Shown here one piece after another: positions 8,046 through 18,955 of a DNA stretch of 64,000 bases (position 1 is the first letter of the stretch; the number at the start of each line of letters is the position of its first letter). The position numbers were made by a program, and so were the translations under genes. A model generated the notes under the pieces. It worked only from the letters and a program-made list of their open reading frames with translations. It made no database searches and was not told the DNA's origin. Source of the stretch: a virus; IMG/VR virus record IMGVR_UViG_3300029288_006769, positions 314,367 to 378,366 of that record. One strand, written 5' to 3'.

Positions 8046-10304
8046 ATGGCTTATAAAGAACGAGCTTTAACTTCTGAATTAAAAAGTGATGTAAGTAGTT
8101 TAGCAAGTTACTTATTGAGTTCTGCCGATACCGTAAGAGTTACTTCAAATTTAACTGTTACAGAGAACTTAATAATACCTGCATCCTGTTCTTTTATGTT
8201 TTTTAATGGTGCAAAACTTGTACATAGTTCTTACACAATTACTTTTACCGGGTCCATTATAGGAGATCCAACATGGAAGATATTTGACGGTACTGGTACT
8301 GTCACCTTCAATGTTGGCTCTGTCCCTCATGTAAGACCGGAATGGTGGGGCGTAACACAAGGTGTTGATTGTACTGCGTCTGTTCAAAAAGCAATAGATT
8401 CTGTTTCAAGTGGTGGTATTGTTCTTTTATCAGCTGCTAGTTATGTAATTAATGGCCCTCTGACAAATAATACAGGTGCAATAATTCTAAATTATAGTTC
8501 AGTAAATCTTTTCAATCTTTTACCTGCAAGTTCATTTAGTAGAGAAATGCAATTTGGCGGCTCTTTTGTAGCGGGTACAGGTTCGTTCATAGAAAGTGCC
8601 TCTATTCCTCGATTATCAAATTTTACTTCTAATGGAGTACTTAAAACAACTGGCGCAAATGGAACTTTAACGGTAGATACAGTTGGAGTTTTTGGACCTA
8701 CTGGCATTCAAGGTGAAACAGGAATTCAGGGCATCCAGGGTGAAACAGGATTACCAGGCCTTGGTGGCACAGGTTTACAAGGTCCTCAAGGTGATACTGG
8801 AATTCAAGGAATACAGGGAGCCACAGGAATAGGAGCCGAAATATCTGGTCATAGTAGTTTAACTGATATGCCTGATTTAACAGGTGTTGTAGCTGATCAT
8901 GATACAAGACTTGTAACAAAAGTTCAAGACATAACTCCCACAGTGCCTGCACCTTTTGCAGGTATGCTATGGTATGACACTTTAGCAACAGGAAGTGAAC
9001 AAGGTTATACTGGGCCACAAGGTCTTACTGGAATTCAAGGTATCCAAGGTGAAACAGGGTTGCCAGGTATTGGTGGTACAGGTTTACAAGGTCCTCAAGG
9101 TGATACAGGTATTCAAGGCTTGCAAGGTGAAACTGGGCCTGCCGGTTTAGGAACAACAGGTATTCAAGGTGAAACTGGGCCTGCTGGTTTAGGAACAACG
9201 GGGATCCAAGGTGAAACTGGGCCTGCTGGTTTAGGAACAACGGGGATCCAAGGTGAAACTGGGCCTGCTGGTTTAGGAACAACAGGGATTCAAGGTGAAA
9301 CTGGATTACAAGGAAGCACGGGATTACAAGGTTTAGGTGAGACTGGATTACAAGGCATTCAAGGAAACACAGGAATACAAGGAAATACAGGTGCACAAGG
9401 TTTAGGTGAGACTGGGTTACAAGGTGTTCAAGGAAATACCGGCATTCAAGGAAACACAGGAATACAAGGAAACACAGGTTCACAAGGTTTGGGTGAAACA
9501 GGATTACAAGGCATTCAAGGTGAAACTGGAATACAAGGAAATACAGGTGCACAAGGTTTGGGTGAGACTGGATTACAAGGTGTTCAAGGAAATACCGGGA
9601 TACAAGGTGAAACTGGAATACAAGGAGACACAGGTTCACAAGGTCTAGGTGAGACTGGACTACAAGGTGTTCAAGGTGAGACTGGATTACAAGGAAATCA
9701 GGGCGAAACTGGAATTCAAGGCAATACTGGATTGCAGGGCGCGACTGGACTCCAGGGATTAATTGGAATTCAAGGTGATACAGGTCTTGGAATACAAGGT
9801 GAGACTGGTGCAGGAATTCAGGGTGAGACTGGCCTTCAAGGAATTCAAGGCGATACAGGCCTTGGAATTCAAGGTGATACTGGTGCAGGAATACAAGGTG
9901 AGACTGGGCTTCAAGGAATTCAAGGTGATACAGGTCTTGGAATACAAGGCACAACTGGTGCAGGGATTCAAGGTGAGACTGGGCTTCAAGGAATTCAAGG
10001 TGATACAGGCCTTGGAATTCAAGGTGATACTGGCGCAGGGATTCAAGGTGAAACTGGCCTTCAAGGAGCTCAAGGCGAGACTGGAATTCAAGGTGAAACA
10101 GGCTTAGGTCTTCAGGGTGAAACTGGCCTTCAAGGTTCTCAAGGTCAAACTGGGCCAGAAGGTGGACCTCAGGGAACTACAGGTCTACAGGGACCACAAG
10201 GATTAACAGGTATACAGGGTGCTGCTAACATTTTGTCTGGTACTGATGATCCACCTGATCCATCAGGATATCCTGATGATACTTTATATTTTCAATATGT
10301 TTAA
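8046..10304 (+). CDS. Collagen-like fibre protein 1
   Basis: AGGAG RBS before ATG 8046; tailspike-like N-terminus (VRPEWWG...DCTASVQKAID); long G-x-T-G-x-Q repeat; ends PDDTLYFQYV. Confidence 0.85.
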   Translation: MAYKERALTSELKSDVSSLASYLLSSADTVRVTSNLTVTENLIIPASCSFMFFNGAKLVHSSYTITFTGSIIGDPTWKIFDGTGTVTFNVGSVPHVRPEWWGVTQGVDCTASVQKAIDSVSSGGIVLLSAASYVINGPLTNNTGAIILNYSSVNLFNLLPASSFSREMQFGGSFVAGTGSFIESASIPRLSNFTSNGVLKTTGANGTLTVDTVGVFGPTGIQGETGIQGIQGETGLPGLGGTGLQGPQGDTGIQGIQGATGIGAEISGHSSLTDMPDLTGVVADHDTRLVTKVQDITPTVPAPFAGMLWYDTLATGSEQGYTGPQGLTGIQGIQGETGLPGIGGTGLQGPQGDTGIQGLQGETGPAGLGTTGIQGETGPAGLGTTGIQGETGPAGLGTTGIQGETGPAGLGTTGIQGETGLQGSTGLQGLGETGLQGIQGNTGIQGNTGAQGLGETGLQGVQGNTGIQGNTGIQGNTGSQGLGETGLQGIQGETGIQGNTGAQGLGETGLQGVQGNTGIQGETGIQGDTGSQGLGETGLQGVQGETGLQGNQGETGIQGNTGLQGATGLQGLIGIQGDTGLGIQGETGAGIQGETGLQGIQGDTGLGIQGDTGAGIQGETGLQGIQGDTGLGIQGTTGAGIQGETGLQGIQGDTGLGIQGDTGAGIQGETGLQGAQGETGIQGETGLGLQGETGLQGSQGQTGPEGGPQGTTGLQGPQGLTGIQGAANILSGTDDPPDPSGYPDDTLYFQYV
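9124..9303 (+). repeat. Near-exact 42-nt in-frame tandem repeat (x4)
   Basis: caaggtgaaactgggcctgctggtttaggaacaac... encoding QGETGPAGLGTTGI. Confidence 0.8.
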
Positions 10305-10312
10305 GGACTATT

Positions 10313-11524
10313 ATGATAGCTTTTAAAAAAAATGGAGAAGCATGGTCTTGGGGGTACAATGGTTATGGTGGGCTTGGTGTAAATGATACACAAAACAAAA
10401 GTTCACCCGTACAAATAGTAGGCAATCATAGCTTTATTTTTGTAATGTCTGGATTTGCTCAATCATACTTTATTAAATCTGATAATAATGTATGGTGTTG
10501 TGGAAATGGTCAATATATGGGAGCAGGTAATACGTCTGATTATTCGTCACCTGTTGTACTAATTGGTAACCATCAATTCATTAAAATATCAACATCTTAT
10601 AGCTATAGTGCAGGTACAATAACAACTGTAGGTCTTAAGTCAAATGGAGAAGCGTGGTCTTGGGGATATAATGGTATCGGACAACTTGGCACGGGAAATA
10701 CTACTAGTACATCTTCACCAGTAAAAGTTATTGGTAACCACAGTTTTATTTATGTACATTCAGGTCATCAATATTTGGGTCTAAGTTCAACATTTGGCAT
10801 TAAGTCAAATGGAGAAGCATGGTGTTGGGGATGCAATAGTTATGGTGCACTTGGTGTAAATGATACACAAAACAGAAGTTCGCCCATACAAATAGCAGGC
10901 AATCATAGCTTTATTTTAATTAAATCTGGTTTTTATTTTGCAATGGGTCTTAAATCAAATGGAGAAGCATGGTCTTGGGGATTTAACGGTACTGGACAAC
11001 TTGGTACAGGAGATACTACTAGAACATCTTCACCAGTAAAAGTTATTGGCGATCACAGTTTCATTTTTATAGATGTATCTCAAAGTTCGTCTTTGGGTCT
11101 TAAATCAAATGGAGAAGTATGGTCTTGGGGACAGAATGCCTATGGACAACTTGGCACGGGAAATACTGCTAGTACATCTTCACCAGTAAAAGTTATTGGT
11201 AACCACAGTTTTATTTCAATTAAGGCATTTGAAACTTCATCTTTGGGTCTTAAGTCAAATGGAGAAATATGGTCTTGGGGATATAACTACTATGGACAAC
11301 TTGGCATAGGAAATACTTCTAATGCATCTTCACCAGTAAAAGTTATTGGTAATCACAGTTTTATTTCGATTAATACTGGAATGAATATCAGAATTTTAGA
11401 TAATTCTTCTTGGCATCAAAGACCTATAGGTTTTATTCGTAAATCAGGAGCTTGGAGAAGGTTAATTGACATATACATTAAAAAAGATAGTGTCTGGAAA
11501 ACAACTGATAGACTGCATAAATAA
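10313..11524 (+). CDS. RCC1-repeat beta-propeller protein 1
   Basis: Seven LKSNGEAWSWGYN.GQLG...SSPV.VIGNHSF repeats plus Trp-containing C-terminal tail. Confidence 0.9.
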   Translation: MIAFKKNGEAWSWGYNGYGGLGVNDTQNKSSPVQIVGNHSFIFVMSGFAQSYFIKSDNNVWCCGNGQYMGAGNTSDYSSPVVLIGNHQFIKISTSYSYSAGTITTVGLKSNGEAWSWGYNGIGQLGTGNTTSTSSPVKVIGNHSFIYVHSGHQYLGLSSTFGIKSNGEAWCWGCNSYGALGVNDTQNRSSPIQIAGNHSFILIKSGFYFAMGLKSNGEAWSWGFNGTGQLGTGDTTRTSSPVKVIGDHSFIFIDVSQSSSLGLKSNGEVWSWGQNAYGQLGTGNTASTSSPVKVIGNHSFISIKAFETSSLGLKSNGEIWSWGYNYYGQLGIGNTSNASSPVKVIGNHSFISINTGMNIRILDNSSWHQRPIGFIRKSGAWRRLIDIYIKKDSVWKTTDRLHK

Positions 11525-11591
11525 AAAAGATAGCATCTGGACATGCAACTCTATAATGTTTTGATGATCAGTGTCTAAATTTGGAGGATAA

Positions 11592-14243
11592 ATGCCACTT
11601 TTAAAAATTTTTGATGGTGCAGACTGGCAAATTGTTGGACGAGGCGTCCAAGGTGATACAGGTGCTCAAGGTTTGCAAGGTGCTACAGGTCTTCAAGGAA
11701 TTCAAGGGCAAACTGGTGTAAGAGGAGAAACTGGAGCACAAGGTAACACTGGCGTTACAGGAAGAACTGGACTTCGAGGCGCTACAGGCCCACAAGGTCA
11801 AGGTAATACAGGACTTCAAGGACAAACAGGAGTAAAAGGACAAACAGGAATACAGGGTCCAACAGGCCTTAAAGGTGCTACAGGCTCTCAAGGCGATACT
11901 GGCTATCAAGGCATACAGGGTGATACAGGAGTTGCTGGACCTCAAGGTGATACAGGAGTCCAAGGTGCAACTGGACCTTTAGGAGGGCCCCAGGGAGCTA
12001 CTGGCTTACAAGGCACTCAAGGTGATACTGGTTTAGAAGGAACTACTGGATTACAAGGTTTGCAAGGTGAAACTGGTTTTCAAGGCCAAACCGGTGCCCA
12101 AGGATTACAGGGAGAAACAGGATTACAGGGAGAAACTGGGTTACAGGGTACACAGGGATCAACTGGTTTCCAAGGCCAGACTGGTATAACAGGTGATCAG
12201 GGTCAAACTGGCGATCAAGGTGCTACTGGCCTTCAAGGCTCAACAGGTTTTCAAGGACTGACAGGCTCGCAAGGCAACACAGGAGCTCAAGGCTTTACGG
12301 GTTTGGGAGCACAAGGAGATACTGGATTACAAGGTCTTCAAGGCGAAACAGGAACTCAAGGCATTCAAGGCGACACTGGATTAAGTTTGCAAGGCGAAAC
12401 GGGTCTTCAAGGTATTCAAGGCGAGACTGGCCTGGAAGGTTCTCAAGGACAGACAGGTTTACAAGGACTTGGCGAAACAGGACTTCAAGGCGAAACAGGT
12501 TTAGAAGGTACTCAAGGTGTTACTGGATTACAAGGTATCCAAGGAAATACTGGATTACAAGGTATCCAAGGAAATACTGGATTACAAGGCGAAACTGGAT
12601 TAGGACTTCAAGGAGAGACAGGTTTACAGGGTGTTCAAGGTAACACTGGATCACAAGGTACTCAGGGTAATACTGGAGTTCAAGGTCTTGGTGAAACAGG
12701 TTTACAAGGTGAAACAGGAATACAAGGTAACCAGGGTAACACAGGAGCTCAAGGCCTTCAGGGAAACACTGGATTAAGTTTGCAAGGTGAAACAGGTCTT
12801 CAAGGTATCCAAGGCGAAACAGGCTCTCAAGGTATTCAAGGACAGACAGGTGTTCAAGGTGAAACTGGCTTACAAGGTACTCAAGGAAACACAGGCATAC
12901 AAGGAAGCCAGGGCGATACCGGTGTTCAAGGAACGCAAGGAAATACTGGATTGAATGGTGAAACAGGCCTTCCGGGTTCACAAGGTGAGACAGGATTAGA
13001 AGGCGTACAAGGTAATACAGGACCTCAGGGACTTGGCGAAACAGGTCTTCAAGGTATAACAGGCTTGCAGGGCTCTCAGGGCGATACAGGGTTGCAGGGC
13101 TCTCAGGGCGATACAGGGTTGCAGGGTCAAACTGGATCTCAAGGAATTCAGGGCAATACAGGATTACAGGGTGAGACAGGGTTACAAGGATCGCAGGGTG
13201 ATACAGGAGCCCAAGGTTTGGGTGAAACAGGTCTTCAGGGTTTCCAAGGACAAACAGGTATCCAAGGCGATACAGGAGCTCAAGGTTTACAAGGAGATAC
13301 TGGTCTACAAGGAAGTCAAGGCAATACTGGTATCCAAGGGTTACAAGGAAATACTGGTTTAAGTGGTGAAACAGGTCTTCAAGGTGCTCAAGGTGATACA
13401 GGAGCACAAGGAATTCAAGGTGATACAGGAGCACAAGGAATTCAAGGTCAAACAGGAGCACAAGGAATTCAAGGTCAAACAGGAGCACAAGGAATTCAAG
13501 GCAATACAGGATTGCAAGGGCAAACAGGTATTGATGGTATTCAAGGACAAACAGGACTTCAAGGTCTTGGCGAAACAGGTCTTCAGGGTCTACAGGGTAT
13601 CCAAGGCGATACAGGAGCTCAAGGATTACAAGGAATAACGGGCCTTCAAGGTCAGACTGGTTTGCAAAGTCCACAAGGTGATACAGGGTTACAAGGTCAT
13701 ACTGGTACTCAGGGGGTTCAAGGAAGTACAGGTCTTCAAGGTGCTCAAGGTGATACTGGCACACAAGGGATACAAGGTCAAACTGGGCCTCAAGGTTTAG
13801 GTGAAACAGGCCTACAAGGAATGACGGGTTTGCAGGGCTCTCAGGGCAACACTGGAGCACAAGGCATTCAAGGAAATACTGGATTACAGGGTACTACTGG
13901 TTTACAAGGTTCTCAAGGCGATACTGGTATTCAAGGAAATACAGGTGCTCAAGGGCTTGGTGAAACAGGATTACAAGGCGAAACCGGTTTGCAAGGTGAA
14001 ACAGGTCCTTCAGGTGGTCCTCAGGGAGCCACAGGTTTGCAAGGTGAAACTGGTGTTCAAGGTATTCAGGGAGTAACTGGCGTAGGTACTGGAGGTTCAG
14101 ATCCAACATTCAATTCTGTAACTATAACAGGTAATCTAAATGGTACTACAGGCATGGCTGCTCCAGTTTTATATGGTACTGGAAATCCACCATCTACTGC
14201 AGGTATCCCTTATGGAGCTATTTATTATCAATATGTGAACTAA
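11592..14243 (+). CDS. Collagen-like fibre protein 2
   Basis: GGAGG RBS; almost entirely GETGLQ-type triplets; ends GAIYYQYVN. Confidence 0.9.
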   Translation: MPLLKIFDGADWQIVGRGVQGDTGAQGLQGATGLQGIQGQTGVRGETGAQGNTGVTGRTGLRGATGPQGQGNTGLQGQTGVKGQTGIQGPTGLKGATGSQGDTGYQGIQGDTGVAGPQGDTGVQGATGPLGGPQGATGLQGTQGDTGLEGTTGLQGLQGETGFQGQTGAQGLQGETGLQGETGLQGTQGSTGFQGQTGITGDQGQTGDQGATGLQGSTGFQGLTGSQGNTGAQGFTGLGAQGDTGLQGLQGETGTQGIQGDTGLSLQGETGLQGIQGETGLEGSQGQTGLQGLGETGLQGETGLEGTQGVTGLQGIQGNTGLQGIQGNTGLQGETGLGLQGETGLQGVQGNTGSQGTQGNTGVQGLGETGLQGETGIQGNQGNTGAQGLQGNTGLSLQGETGLQGIQGETGSQGIQGQTGVQGETGLQGTQGNTGIQGSQGDTGVQGTQGNTGLNGETGLPGSQGETGLEGVQGNTGPQGLGETGLQGITGLQGSQGDTGLQGSQGDTGLQGQTGSQGIQGNTGLQGETGLQGSQGDTGAQGLGETGLQGFQGQTGIQGDTGAQGLQGDTGLQGSQGNTGIQGLQGNTGLSGETGLQGAQGDTGAQGIQGDTGAQGIQGQTGAQGIQGQTGAQGIQGNTGLQGQTGIDGIQGQTGLQGLGETGLQGLQGIQGDTGAQGLQGITGLQGQTGLQSPQGDTGLQGHTGTQGVQGSTGLQGAQGDTGTQGIQGQTGPQGLGETGLQGMTGLQGSQGNTGAQGIQGNTGLQGTTGLQGSQGDTGIQGNTGAQGLGETGLQGETGLQGETGPSGGPQGATGLQGETGVQGIQGVTGVGTGGSDPTFNSVTITGNLNGTTGMAAPVLYGTGNPPSTAGIPYGAIYYQYVN

Positions 14244-14263
14244 GAAATACGAGGCAAGAGTAA

Positions 14264-15499
14264 ATGTTTGGTAAAAGCGGGAATATAGCTTATAAGTCAG
14301 ATGGTAGTGTATGGTCTTGGGGTCAAAACAGTTGTGGCCAGTTGGGTGATAATGGTAGTGGTTATGTTAGGTCATCTCCTGTTCTGGTAGTGGGTGATCA
14401 TAAATTTTATTTGATAAGTGCTGGAAGAACTAATACTGTTTATCTTAAACAAGATGGCAGTGCTTGGTGCAATGGAATTGGAAATGGTATAGGAGATGAT
14501 ACAACTGATCAGAAAAATTCACCTGTAGCAGTTATAGGAAACCATTCCTTTGTAGATATTGACAGCGAATGGGGATTTTGTATGGCCCTCAAATCTAATG
14601 GCGAAGCTTGGGGTTGGGGATATAACATTAGAGGTAATTTAGGTAATAATTCTACCACACATACATCTTCTCCTGTACAAGTAGTAGGTAATCATTCTTT
14701 CATAAAAGTACAATGTGCGGGTGACAGTAATGCTAATGGTGAATCCGCAGGAGCATTGAAAGCAGATGGATCGTTATGGGGATGGGGAATGAATGCTTAT
14801 GGATCTTTAGGAAATGGAGACAGTAGTAATAAAAGCTCTCCAGTAGTGGTGGTAGGGAACCATTCTTTTATTGATTTTGCTATATCTCCTTGTTCCAGAT
14901 ATGGTTTGAAAGCTAATGGTGAAGTTTGGAGCTGGGGTGCTAATTATGCTGGTCAATTAGGAACAGGAAATACAACAAGTTATACATCTCCAGTATTGGT
15001 GATAGGAAATCATTCTTTTATAAAAATTGCATTGTCGCTTTATTCTAATAGGTCTGATTCAGTCGGATGTGCTGGATTGAAAAGTGATGGTACAGTTTGG
15101 ACATGGGGAAATTGGTGGACAATGGGTAATAATTCTATCACAGCTACATCTTCTCCTGTTTCTATAGTTGGAGATCACTCTTTTGTAGATATCACTGGAG
15201 GAGCAGAAACCGGGTTTTTCTCAGGGTTAAAATCAAATGGAGAGATATGGTCTTGGGGTGTCAATTCATATGGACAACTAGGTGATCTTAGTTTAACAAA
15301 TAGAAGTTCACCAGTGCTATTAGCAGGTAATCACTCTTTTATTTCTTTGCACACAGGTATGAACATGAATTTAGATGTGTCGGGTTCTTGGAAGAGAAAC
15401 CCTATTATACATGTGAACGTCGAAGGAACTTGGAAAAGAATAATAAGACAGAAAATGAATATAAACGGTACTTGGACATCACCTATACATCCAGATTAA
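14264..15499 (+). CDS. RCC1-repeat beta-propeller protein 2
   Basis: Seven RCC1 repeats; tail VNVEGTWKR...INGTW. Confidence 0.9.
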   Translation: MFGKSGNIAYKSDGSVWSWGQNSCGQLGDNGSGYVRSSPVLVVGDHKFYLISAGRTNTVYLKQDGSAWCNGIGNGIGDDTTDQKNSPVAVIGNHSFVDIDSEWGFCMALKSNGEAWGWGYNIRGNLGNNSTTHTSSPVQVVGNHSFIKVQCAGDSNANGESAGALKADGSLWGWGMNAYGSLGNGDSSNKSSPVVVVGNHSFIDFAISPCSRYGLKANGEVWSWGANYAGQLGTGNTTSYTSPVLVIGNHSFIKIALSLYSNRSDSVGCAGLKSDGTVWTWGNWWTMGNNSITATSSPVSIVGDHSFVDITGGAETGFFSGLKSNGEIWSWGVNSYGQLGDLSLTNRSSPVLLAGNHSFISLHTGMNMNLDVSGSWKRNPIIHVNVEGTWKRIIRQKMNINGTWTSPIHPD

Positions 15500-15568
15500 T
15501 TATATACTTGCATTTAAAACTTTTTTAACTTGTAGCAAATTAAAATTATAAAATTCGCTTTAGGAGCT

Positions 15569-15736
15569 ATGAAATTTATGTCTTTGCCTATAAGAGACAC
15601 ACCTATTTTGGCAGGAGAAGATGCAAGAAAATTTATCAAAAACATGCAGAATCCAAAACCGGTTCCTCGTAAAGAATATGAGCGAGCAAAAAAGATTTAT
15701 GAAGAATTGAAAGCAAAAGGAAAACTAGATATTTAG
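15569..15736 (+). CDS. Small protein, possibly antitoxin-like (55 aa)
   Basis: Hand-translated MKFMSLPIRDTPILAGEDARKFIKNMQNPK...; AGGAG RBS. Confidence 0.5.
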   Translation: MKFMSLPIRDTPILAGEDARKFIKNMQNPKPVPRKEYERAKKIYEELKAKGKLDI

Positions 15737-15745
15737 GAGAATTAG

Positions 15746-17293
15746 ATGCAGTCTTTAAGTCTTGCTATAATAATGAAAGACGTAGAAAAAACTTTACAAA
15801 AATGCTTAGATTCTGCTGCTCCTGTTGTTGATGAAATTATAGTAGTAGATACTGGTTCCACAGATAGATCAAAAGAAATTGCATTACAATATACTTCTAA
15901 AGTTTATGATTTCCCCTGGATAGATGACTTTTCTGCTGCTCGAAATTTTTCTTTTGATTTATGCACAAAAGAGTATATATTTTGGATTGATGCTGATGAT
16001 GAAATTCTTAAAAAAGATCAAGAGAAAATAAAAAATCTTGATTTATCTGACAAAGAAATAGTGTTATGTCAGTATCAATATTCTCATGATCAGTTTGGTG
16101 TTCCCGAATGCACTCTTGAGCGAGAAAGAATTATTAAACGTTCTCTTGGGCTTAAATGGGAAAAACCCATTCATGAATATTTGCCCATTTCTGGAAAAAA
16201 AATTTCTAGACAAGATATTGAAATACATCATTGGAAACAACATGGTACATCAGAAAGAAATTTGAAGATATTAGAAAGAATTATTCAAAAAGATCCTGAT
16301 TCTAGAAATTTCTATTATCTCGGAAAAGAATATGCCGATTTTGGAAGATTTGAAGAAGCTATTGAAACTCTTGAAAAATTTGTTACTATGAAAGGCTGGT
16401 GGGAAGACGTATTCTGTGCTCATGATACTATTGCTAAATGTTATCTTGTTCTTAAAAATGAAAAAAAGTTTTTTGAGAATATTTTTCGTTCAATAGAGAT
16501 AGAGCCCAGAAGAGCTGAACCATACTTTGAACTTGGTGATTATTACTTCTCAAAAAACGATTGGGGAAAAGCTGCTCATTATTTTGATATTTGCCTGAAT
16601 GTAAAAAGACCCAAAGAATTAATGTCAACATATTATCCTCAAAATTATACATGGCGACCAGCACTCATGGCAACACAAGCTTATAATAATTTAGGTGCTG
16701 TGCAGACAGCTTTTGAACGTAGTAAATTGTTTTTAAAATACAGGCCAAATGACCAATTAGCTATAAACAATTACAATTGCCTGTTGAATAGTTCTTTACG
16801 TTTTGTCAAGAAAGATGGACAAAGCAAGAAGCTTAATCTAGGTTGTGGAAATAAAAGAATTGAAGGTTATATAAATGTTGATATAGTCAAGATACCCGAA
16901 GTTGATGAAGTTTTTAATTTCTATGAAATACCTTATCAAGATAATACGATTTCAACTATTTCAAGCGAACATGCATTAGAGCATGTATCAGCTGACAAAG
17001 CAAAACAAGCTATAAAAGAATGGTTTAGAGTTCTTGAGCCTGGTGGTAAATTAGAGCTCTATATTCCCGATCTTGAGTTATGTGCTAAGGGTTATGTAGA
17101 AGGCGACAATAGTCGTACTATTAATGGGTTTAAAGAAAAAAATTGGTATAAAATGACTTTGTATGGCGCACAAAGACCCGAGAATGGAAGTGATGCTGAA
17201 CATCAATTTCATTTAAATGGTTTTTCAAAAGATGAAATCAAAGAATTACTTGAAGAAGCAGGGTTCATAATAACTCATCTAAGGAATTACTGA
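15746..17293 (+). CDS. GT2 + TPR + class I SAM methyltransferase (piece 1 of split glycosyltransferase)
   Basis: VDTGSTD, DFSAARNFS, WIDADD, IHE; TPRs; LNLGCG...HALEH...RVLEPGG. Confidence 0.85.
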   Translation: MQSLSLAIIMKDVEKTLQKCLDSAAPVVDEIIVVDTGSTDRSKEIALQYTSKVYDFPWIDDFSAARNFSFDLCTKEYIFWIDADDEILKKDQEKIKNLDLSDKEIVLCQYQYSHDQFGVPECTLERERIIKRSLGLKWEKPIHEYLPISGKKISRQDIEIHHWKQHGTSERNLKILERIIQKDPDSRNFYYLGKEYADFGRFEEAIETLEKFVTMKGWWEDVFCAHDTIAKCYLVLKNEKKFFENIFRSIEIEPRRAEPYFELGDYYFSKNDWGKAAHYFDICLNVKRPKELMSTYYPQNYTWRPALMATQAYNNLGAVQTAFERSKLFLKYRPNDQLAINNYNCLLNSSLRFVKKDGQSKKLNLGCGNKRIEGYINVDIVKIPEVDEVFNFYEIPYQDNTISTISSEHALEHVSADKAKQAIKEWFRVLEPGGKLELYIPDLELCAKGYVEGDNSRTINGFKEKNWYKMTLYGAQRPENGSDAEHQFHLNGFSKDEIKELLEEAGFIITHLRNY

Positions 17294-17499
17294 TGTCAGA
17301 CAGAACAACATGTTTAACCGTCGTCCTTGACAATGATTTTCGTATTGATGACATAGACAGCATTCTAAATGCAATTAGAATGATTAAAGGTGTTGCAGAA
17401 GTTAAAGCAAATGTTTCTAACCCTGAAGAATTTACTGCTTATATAAGAGCAAAAATGAGTCTTGAGAAAAAATTATGGGAAGCATTGAAAGATGAATAG
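17293..17499 (+). CDS. Small phage protein inserted in glycosyltransferase locus
   Basis: TGATG overlap at start; stop overlaps next ATG. Confidence 0.7.
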   Translation: MSDRTTCLTVVLDNDFRIDDIDSILNAIRMIKGVAEVKANVSNPEEFTAYIRAKMSLEKKLWEALKDE

Positions 17500-17929
17500 T
17501 TATGGTACTCCTTCAATTGAAATTAGAGCAATAAAACCAGTTTGTCCTTTGAGGATAGGCTGGATTATGACCGAGTATAACGAGACAGCTGCCCAAACAC
17601 GTATAAGAGTAATTAATGTTTGCATAGCATTAAAAGTAATGGGATATATGTCAAATTTTGCGACATATCAAAATATTCTTGACAAAAAATATGATATCGC
17701 AATAGTTGGAAAAGCTTTTAGTGAAAATGATTATAATAGCATCAAGTTATTAAAGCAACATGGAAAAACTGTTTACTGTGATTTATGTGAAGATATAATT
17801 GGATGGCCTTGGGTAAATGAAATCTTAAGTTTGTGTGACAAAGTCATTTGTTGTTCATATATGTTGCAAGAAAAAGTTAAACCAGTCAACCCGAACACAT
17901 TTGTTATAGAAGATGCTTTTGAAGTTTAA
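17492..17929 (+). CDS. Last MTase strand + GT-B N-terminal half (piece 2)
   Basis: NSYGTPSIEIRAIKP, then RIGWI...AQTRIRV...DLCED...DKVICCS..LQE...VIEDA. Confidence 0.65.
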   Translation: MNSYGTPSIEIRAIKPVCPLRIGWIMTEYNETAAQTRIRVINVCIALKVMGYMSNFATYQNILDKKYDIAIVGKAFSENDYNSIKLLKQHGKTVYCDLCEDIIGWPWVNEILSLCDKVICCSYMLQEKVKPVNPNTFVIEDAFEV

Positions 17930-18222
17930 TGTCTATACGTACGCAATTAATTGAAGGATTTTCTCAGATTGAAAAATATAATCAGCAAGTTGTTTCTGTT
18001 TTCATAAGCTCAGCTACATTTGAAGCAATAAAGAAAGAGAATATAAACGAATTTTTATTCAATAAAGAAGGATCAAAATCTCTTGGAACTATTTATGGAG
18101 CAAAAGTTTATTTGAATGAAACTGATAATATTGAATTTAGATCAAGTACAAGAATCATTCTAATCCCATCAGAAGTAAAACTTGAGCGTAATAAAAAATT
18201 CAAATTTATAATGGAGGCATAA
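17929..18222 (+). CDS. Stand-alone major capsid A-domain-like protein
   Basis: LIEGFSQIEKYNQQVVSVFIS...GTIYGAKV aligns with MCP LADAFAEVEKHDLRVARLFMN...AQIWGADI. Confidence 0.55.
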   Translation: MSIRTQLIEGFSQIEKYNQQVVSVFISSATFEAIKKENINEFLFNKEGSKSLGTIYGAKVYLNETDNIEFRSSTRIILIPSEVKLERNKKFKFIMEA

Positions 18223-18914
18223 TGAATAATAAAGAAGTATTTGTAGAAAAGCTGAATGAATGTGGTGAAGTCAAGTACGAAATGACAGAAATTCATAGCA
18301 GAATTTTGAGCAAACTAAAAACTGTATATCAACTTGTTTTTCAACGCGAGAAAAAAGATTTTCTTTCACTCAAGAATATGCAATATTTCAAACAGGGTAT
18401 TGCTTCTCCTGATGCTCGACCGAGATTACATGAAGTTCTTGATGTTTTTGTAAACCTTGCAAATCATTATAATTTCCTTGGTGATGACGAACTCAAAGAA
18501 TATCTTGATTCTAGAGGCATCACATTTACTATTACAAGACCAATGCTTGAAGATGGAGCTGTTTCTGTTTCGAAAGAAGAAACAAAAGAATTTGAAAGAT
18601 CTTGGAAATTTGCAATGGCAAATGAAGCTATTCCTGGGACAAAAAAAGAGATTCTCAATGCTATTCTAGATAAAGCGATCAGTGTACAAAAAGCGATCGA
18701 AAACAAAAAAGAAGAAATAGACAAAAAAGCTCAAGATGTTGATCTTGAATGCCAGGTCAAAAAACCTTTCTTTTTTAAAGCCCTTACTATCAAAATTGCT
18801 GAAATGAAAAAACGCTCAGTAGATAATCAAATCAAAAAAGTAGAAGATGATATTGAAGCATCAAAAGACATAATTTCGATTTTTGATAAAGCTGAAGAAA
18901 AAACTGAAGAATGA
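18222..18914 (+). CDS. Helical/coiled-coil hypothetical protein
   Basis: GGAGG RBS, TAATG coupling. Confidence 0.6.
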   Translation: MNNKEVFVEKLNECGEVKYEMTEIHSRILSKLKTVYQLVFQREKKDFLSLKNMQYFKQGIASPDARPRLHEVLDVFVNLANHYNFLGDDELKEYLDSRGITFTITRPMLEDGAVSVSKEETKEFERSWKFAMANEAIPGTKKEILNAILDKAISVQKAIENKKEEIDKKAQDVDLECQVKKPFFFKALTIKIAEMKKRSVDNQIKKVEDDIEASKDIISIFDKAEEKTEE

Positions 18915-18955
18915 GCAAATCTGTTTAAATGTCATAACATAGGCAAAGTAAGATT

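Noticed and set aside
9124-9303. CRISPR-like array
   Set aside because: In-frame coding tandem repeats without unique spacers
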